A stretch of 64,000 nt of DNA from Leptolyngbyaceae cyanobacterium (GTDB taxonomy: Bacteria > Cyanobacteriota > Cyanobacteriia > Phormidesmidales > Phormidesmidaceae), in the NCBI GenBank assembly GCA_965263355.1, contig CBDHHL010000032.1, forward strand, positions 1,856,001 through 1,920,000, given 5' to 3'. Positions 59,858 through 64,000 of this stretch are shown piece by piece. Each line of letters begins with the position of its first letter. The stretch's first letter is position 1. The notes beneath the pieces were generated by a model. The model saw nothing but the letters and a program-made list of their open reading frames with translations. It made no database searches and was not told where the DNA came from. The position numbers and the translations under genes are program-made.

Positions 59858-60490
59858 TTAAAGCTCTCCTTCAAATTTCATCTCTTTTAAGTTTTTCTCA
59901 ACTTTGGACCGATGCTCCAGTTGCCAATCTTCTAAGGAACGAGCATCATCTTTCTCAGCTCGGCGCTTAGCAATCTCCCACACAGTCTCTTGCTGAGCAG
60001 CAGGAATCACAGCAATCCCTTCTTCATCGGCAATTACAATATCACCTGCATCGATCTGTACCCCACCACAGATAATCGTGTTTTGTAGGGTACCCGGTCC
60101 CTGCTTTTTACCCGGTACTGGCACGACACCTCGAGCAAATATTGGAAACCGTAGCGCACGGACCTCGGCCACATCTCGAATAACACCATCAATAACAAAC
60201 CCGGCGATCCCTCTTTTTTGAGCGGTGGCGCATACATTGCCCCCCGACATGGCATAGTCCACATCCCCGGCCTTTACTACAATGATGGCCCCTGGTTCTG
60301 CCCGATAGATGGCTGCATGCAGCATCAGGTTATCCCCTGGAGCACAGCTTACCGTATACGCTGGTCCGGCAATCCGAGGGATATGGGGCCACATTTCCCT
60401 AATCCCCATATCCATAAACTGTTCACGCCCCAGGCGAGCATCGGCATAGGTGGTAGGGGAGAACTCAACAAATTTTGAATAGGATTCCAT
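59858..60490 (-). CDS. RraA/HMG-aldolase family protein
   Basis: AGPAYTV..PGDNL, VIDGVIRD and GDIVIADEEG motifs; ATG at 60490. Confidence 0.88.
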   Translation of the reverse strand: MESYSKFVEFSPTTYADARLGREQFMDMGIREMWPHIPRIAGPAYTVSCAPGDNLMLHAAIYRAEPGAIIVVKAGDVDYAMSGGNVCATAQKRGIAGFVIDGVIRDVAEVRALRFPIFARGVVPVPGKKQGPGTLQNTIICGGVQIDAGDIVIADEEGIAVIPAAQQETVWEIAKRRAEKDDARSLEDWQLEHRSKVEKNLKEMKFEGEL

Positions 60491-60783
60491 TGGATGATTG
60501 GGATAGCGACAACTAACGGTGTACTCAATGCTAGCCATACGGAGGTATAGAGAACTTCTACAATACAGGTATACCAATCATAGTGGCCATACCAGGAAGC
60601 GATTTCACTAATTTCACCAATGGAAACAGCCTACCCACGATAGGGGCTTTGTCTTCATTGATAGACCTATTTTGCAACTGGAATACTCTACAGCCCTCCC
60701 CCAGCGGACGTATCAGGTTAAGAACGTTAGCGGATTGATCATGCCTATGGTGAATATCTAACTACAAAAGTTAGGGACATGTC

Positions 60784-60942
60784 ATGATTACTCAAGTTAA
60801 ATGTATTAAATGCCAGAATTTTGCCGAGGATTTGTGGTGTAATCAGTACTGCCAAAGGTGTTGGGAGAGCTTTAGTGCGGGTGTATGGTCAGCTGTGATG
60901 GAACAGCTAAAAGAATTATCTGAGAAAACAACTCTCAATTAG
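60784..60942 (+). CDS. Candidate 52-aa Cys-rich microprotein
   Basis: MITQVKCIKCQNFAEDLWCNQYCQRCWESFSAGVWSAVMEQLKELSEKTTLN*; AGGGA upstream; below the ORF-track length cutoff. Confidence 0.5.
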   Translation: MITQVKCIKCQNFAEDLWCNQYCQRCWESFSAGVWSAVMEQLKELSEKTTLN

Positions 60943-61007
60943 TGTGTGAGTGACAACGCCTTACGGTAAGGGTCTGCCAAGAAATAAAATCCCTGGCTTA
61001 GATAGGT

Positions 61008-61116
61008 GGGTGAAAGGGTAAGGGTGAAAGGGTAAGGAGCAATCGGTTGGTATGCTTACGAAATCCTGTTTGATAGCGTCCGGTATCGAAGGGCATCCAC
61101 AAGGGAGTGCCCCTAC
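61008..61116. repeat. Short tandem repeat plus REP-like hairpin
   Basis: GGGTGAAAGGGTAA twice (61008-61035) and AGGGCATCCACAAGGGAGTGCCCCTAC (61090-61116). Confidence 0.55.
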
Positions 61117-61396
61117 CGGATACAAGCACTCCACTTGCTATGGCGCTCAGCCACATGAATAACCTTTCAGCCTGGAGAAATGCATGAAGTCACGCGAAAG
61201 TAAAGTTTACTTATCACAATTAAAAGAAAGTTGATAACCCTAGGGTATCGGACTAGCTTCCGGTAAACATGTTGCTAGGGGGGCAGCCATAATGCCCAGG
61301 CATAAGCCACTTTAGATTCAGAGAGCAGACATACTGCTCCTTCACCTGCAGACATACTGCTTTACACATTATATGTGTAACTTTCTATGACTAAGC

Positions 61397-61430
61397 AGCC
61401 CCCGATGCCACTGGCATTGGGGGTTATTTA
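61397..61430 (+). terminator. GC-rich hairpin
   Basis: AGCCCCCGATGCC-ACT-GGCATTGGGGGTT followed by ATTTA. Confidence 0.55.
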
Positions 61431-61489
61431 ATGCTGGCATCATGAAAATAAACTATAAATATTCCGAGGTCTAGGCAAATTGGCAACCC

Positions 61490-62986
61490 ATGCAAGAAAT
61501 CTGGTGGATTTTGATGTTTCAGCTGCGATCGCAACTAGCCTTAATCCAGCTAGCAGCGGTTGAGCCCTATGGCAGCATTGCCTATGAGTATGAAAAAAAT
61601 TCTTATCCTCTGGCGATGGCAGATGTATTGTGGGGGCAGCCAGCATCGGGGCTAGATTTTTTACAGCAAATTGATCAGCAGGCCATCGAAACGGAAGGCA
61701 TTGACCTGCTTTCTGGGTTTACGCTCAAAGGCCAGATGCGCAAGTACTTTTACTTTGGTGATCAGTTGAACCCAGCCTATCGACAGCGCATGTGGGATGC
61801 CATGTATGGGTTTACGGTAACCGATCCACTGACCCGTCAGGCAAACCCACCCCGCAAATTCTGGTCGCGTTCCACGGATGACTGTGATACACCAGTGGAT
61901 TGTCGCAATACGGACAATCTCAGGGCCATGCGCGACACATCGGTATATTTAATGGCTGAGGAAACGGACAATGAATCAACCCGGTTGATTTATAAGCAAT
62001 ATCTAGAGCGTTACGTGTCAACGCTGCTGGATATTGGTATGGGGGAATGGGACAGTCCGGTTTACCATGGCCACACCACAGCGGCCTATCTAAATCTGTA
62101 CGACTTTGCCCAGGATCCTGAGGTAAAACAGCTGGCCAAAGATGCATTGGACTGGCTCTATCAGTCAGCGGCGATTAAGTACTGGCGTGGTACCTGGACG
62201 GGGCCGTCCAAACGAACCTATGGGGAAAGCGCAGCCCGGTTTTTCTGGCTATATTTTGGCAATGCCACCGGACCAGACGAAATTGAACGCGATTGGCTCT
62301 ATGGGCTAACCAGTGATTATAGGCCACCGGACGAAGTGGTTGCGATCGCACAGCGCCGTTTCCTCAAACCCATTGAACTCCGCCGTACCCATCCCCACTA
62401 CGAAAACTGGAAACCAGGGCGTTACGGCCCCGCCTTTTATGAAACGCTATATATTAGCCATAGCTACCAGCTTGGCAGTCTTGCCAAGGGTACAGGGGGA
62501 GACTGGAGTGGCTTTAGTCTTAGGGTAGCTACCGACAAGGGTGGCACCGATGCGCTGACAGTGGATGCCGATAAATCTCACAACATTGCCCAGTATAAAA
62601 ATCTGTTGATCTGGTATGGCCACAGTGCCCCTCAAATCGGTGTTCCAGGCACCTGTATTAAGCAAGAAAATGACATCACCTTTCTAGTCTGTGATCAAAC
62701 CTGGATCGCCATCCAAGAATTTGACCGTGGGTTTGTCCTGGAGATTGGTGAACCCCAAACTCACGGAAACTTTGCAGCGTTTCAGCAAGCAGTTAAGGCC
62801 CGGACCCAGTTAACCATAGAAGCTGATCGTGTTGAGTATCGTGGCAGCGATGGCAAAACTGTTGCCATTTCACCTCAAGGGAATCAACTACCTGACGTTT
62901 GGTACGATGGACAACAACATGACTGGCAAACCCACAGCAGTGCAGTCCCATTTGTTTTTCCGCAAATCTTGCCCTCATCACCTTAA
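61490..62986 (+). CDS. Hypothetical protein (helical N-terminal half, beta-rich C-terminal half)
   Basis: 498-aa ORF; contains GEWDSPVY and YLNLYDFAQD; family not recognised with confidence. Confidence 0.8.
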   Translation: MQEIWWILMFQLRSQLALIQLAAVEPYGSIAYEYEKNSYPLAMADVLWGQPASGLDFLQQIDQQAIETEGIDLLSGFTLKGQMRKYFYFGDQLNPAYRQRMWDAMYGFTVTDPLTRQANPPRKFWSRSTDDCDTPVDCRNTDNLRAMRDTSVYLMAEETDNESTRLIYKQYLERYVSTLLDIGMGEWDSPVYHGHTTAAYLNLYDFAQDPEVKQLAKDALDWLYQSAAIKYWRGTWTGPSKRTYGESAARFFWLYFGNATGPDEIERDWLYGLTSDYRPPDEVVAIAQRRFLKPIELRRTHPHYENWKPGRYGPAFYETLYISHSYQLGSLAKGTGGDWSGFSLRVATDKGGTDALTVDADKSHNIAQYKNLLIWYGHSAPQIGVPGTCIKQENDITFLVCDQTWIAIQEFDRGFVLEIGEPQTHGNFAAFQQAVKARTQLTIEADRVEYRGSDGKTVAISPQGNQLPDVWYDGQQHDWQTHSSAVPFVFPQILPSSP

Positions 62987-63257
62987 GCCATATGATAAGG
63001 AATCATTAAGAAGCATTTTATGATTTGAGTTTATGCGCTGATTTTCCGCAAAAAATCGATCCAGAACTTTGATAATTGTCCCCGCCGTAACCCCAACTTA
63101 ATGCTATTAGGAATAACTCAGTACGTTGGGTTTTAGGGCGACGTCCCGGCCCTAATCATGGGAAACCCCAGTATGCCTAAACGAGATAACTTAATTACTT
63201 CCGGAAAGGGAACTCGGAGGGACCCCAAGCAACAGCTTTAACCACCTCACCAATATT

Positions 63258-64000
63258 CTACGCAGAATATTGCGATCGCCATGCCCCTGGCGGCATATCC
63301 AAATGTCGTTTAAACGCCCGGTTAAACGCCGCTAGATTCTCATATCCCACCTGTACAGCAATCTCACCAATATTGTTATCTGTATTTTTAAGAAGACGAC
63401 TAGCCACATGGATTCTCCACTTAGCCACATAGCTCATAGGACTTTCCCCCAGAGTGTCTTTAAAACGAGCAGAAAATCGAGAAGGAGATAGGTCAACACT
63501 TCGAGCCAAGGTCTCCACAGACCAATTATCTCCAGGCTGAGCATGAATCATAGCCAGGGTGCGACTAACAATGGGATCTTGCAGACCCGTTAACCAATTA
63601 GAATCTTGGGGCTGTATTTTATCCATATATGCTCGGATAGCCCCAGCACACAGCAATTCTAAAAGTCGCTCCACCATAAAGTCACTACCTGGAGAACGCT
63701 GATCTAGCTCTTGGGCAATCAAACTGGCAACACCCGACAGATTTTGAAACGTCTCAGCTTGAGACACAGGAGCATGTAAAACCGACGGTAGGGAGGCAAA
63801 CAAAGGATTAAGGTATGTGTCCTGTAAGTAAAAAACGCCGCACAGACACAACACAGAAACATTGCGAGTCCCCTTTGGGCAACGAAATGGCACATCTTTA
63901 CCAGCAAAAACATTCTCTACGGGAAAGATATGGGGATTTGTACCCTGGCCAATTTGATGAGATGCCCCCCCAAAGCAGATCACCATTTCTCCTGCTTCAA
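63258..64000 (-). CDS. AraC-family regulator (cupin plus HTH), 5' end beyond the window edge
   Basis: WSVETLA, LSPSRFSARF, PMSYVAKWR and VGYENLAAFNRAFKR motifs. Confidence 0.9.
   Translation of the reverse strand, partial: EAGEMVICFGGASHQIGQGTNPHIFPVENVFAGKDVPFRCPKGTRNVSVLCLCGVFYLQDTYLNPLFASLPSVLHAPVSQAETFQNLSGVASLIAQELDQRSPGSDFMVERLLELLCAGAIRAYMDKIQPQDSNWLTGLQDPIVSRTLAMIHAQPGDNWSVETLARSVDLSPSRFSARFKDTLGESPMSYVAKWRIHVASRLLKNTDNNIGEIAVQVGYENLAAFNRAFKRHLDMPPGAWRSQYSA

Larger units (their letters stand above)
764..63279. repeat. HIP1 octamer GCGATCGC dispersed through the window
   Basis: Copies at 764, 2703, 4802, 13744, 63272 and many others (about twenty by eye). HIP1 enrichment is a cyanobacterial hallmark. 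Confidence 0.9.

Noticed and set aside
61325..61361. CRISPR array
   Set aside because: Only two 14-bp repeats with a 9-bp spacer and no cas genes in the window.
1..64000. tRNA, rRNA, prophage, intact transposase or anti-phage defence genes
   Set aside because: None recognised by eye; a tRNAscan, Rfam or DefenseFinder run would be needed to exclude them formally.

Overview
Chromosomal window from a cyanobacterium, inferred from roughly twenty HIP1 GCGATCGC octamers counted by eye, PatA-type regulators, a cyanobacteriochrome-type GAF and a cyanobacterial-style cobalamin riboswitch. Left to right it holds: a carotenoid oxygenase cut by the left edge; a divergent hydantoin-utilisation module (hyuC / hyuA-hyuB); a proteobacterial-looking LysR-DcaP porin-VOC islet with a deletion scar and MITE-like repeats; two paralogous chemosensory clusters arranged back to back; a B12-riboswitch btuB-btuF-cpdA-btuC operon between those clusters; a Ser/Thr kinase-WD40 gene; and a 13 kb divergent alpha-glucan locus. 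One chemosensory cluster has CheB, CheR and a triple-Hpt CheA. The other has tandem PatA genes and a stand-alone CheB-type receiver. The alpha-glucan locus encodes four GH13 enzymes (at least two with clear signal peptides), a GH15 and an unknown polytopic membrane protein, and is the best candidate for an undescribed system. The right end has a GAF-only DXCF photoreceptor, SOUL, RraA, an unannotated Cys-rich microprotein, a structured non-coding candidate, an unknown 498-aa protein and a truncated AraC. All calls come from reading motifs by eye; no database searches were run.
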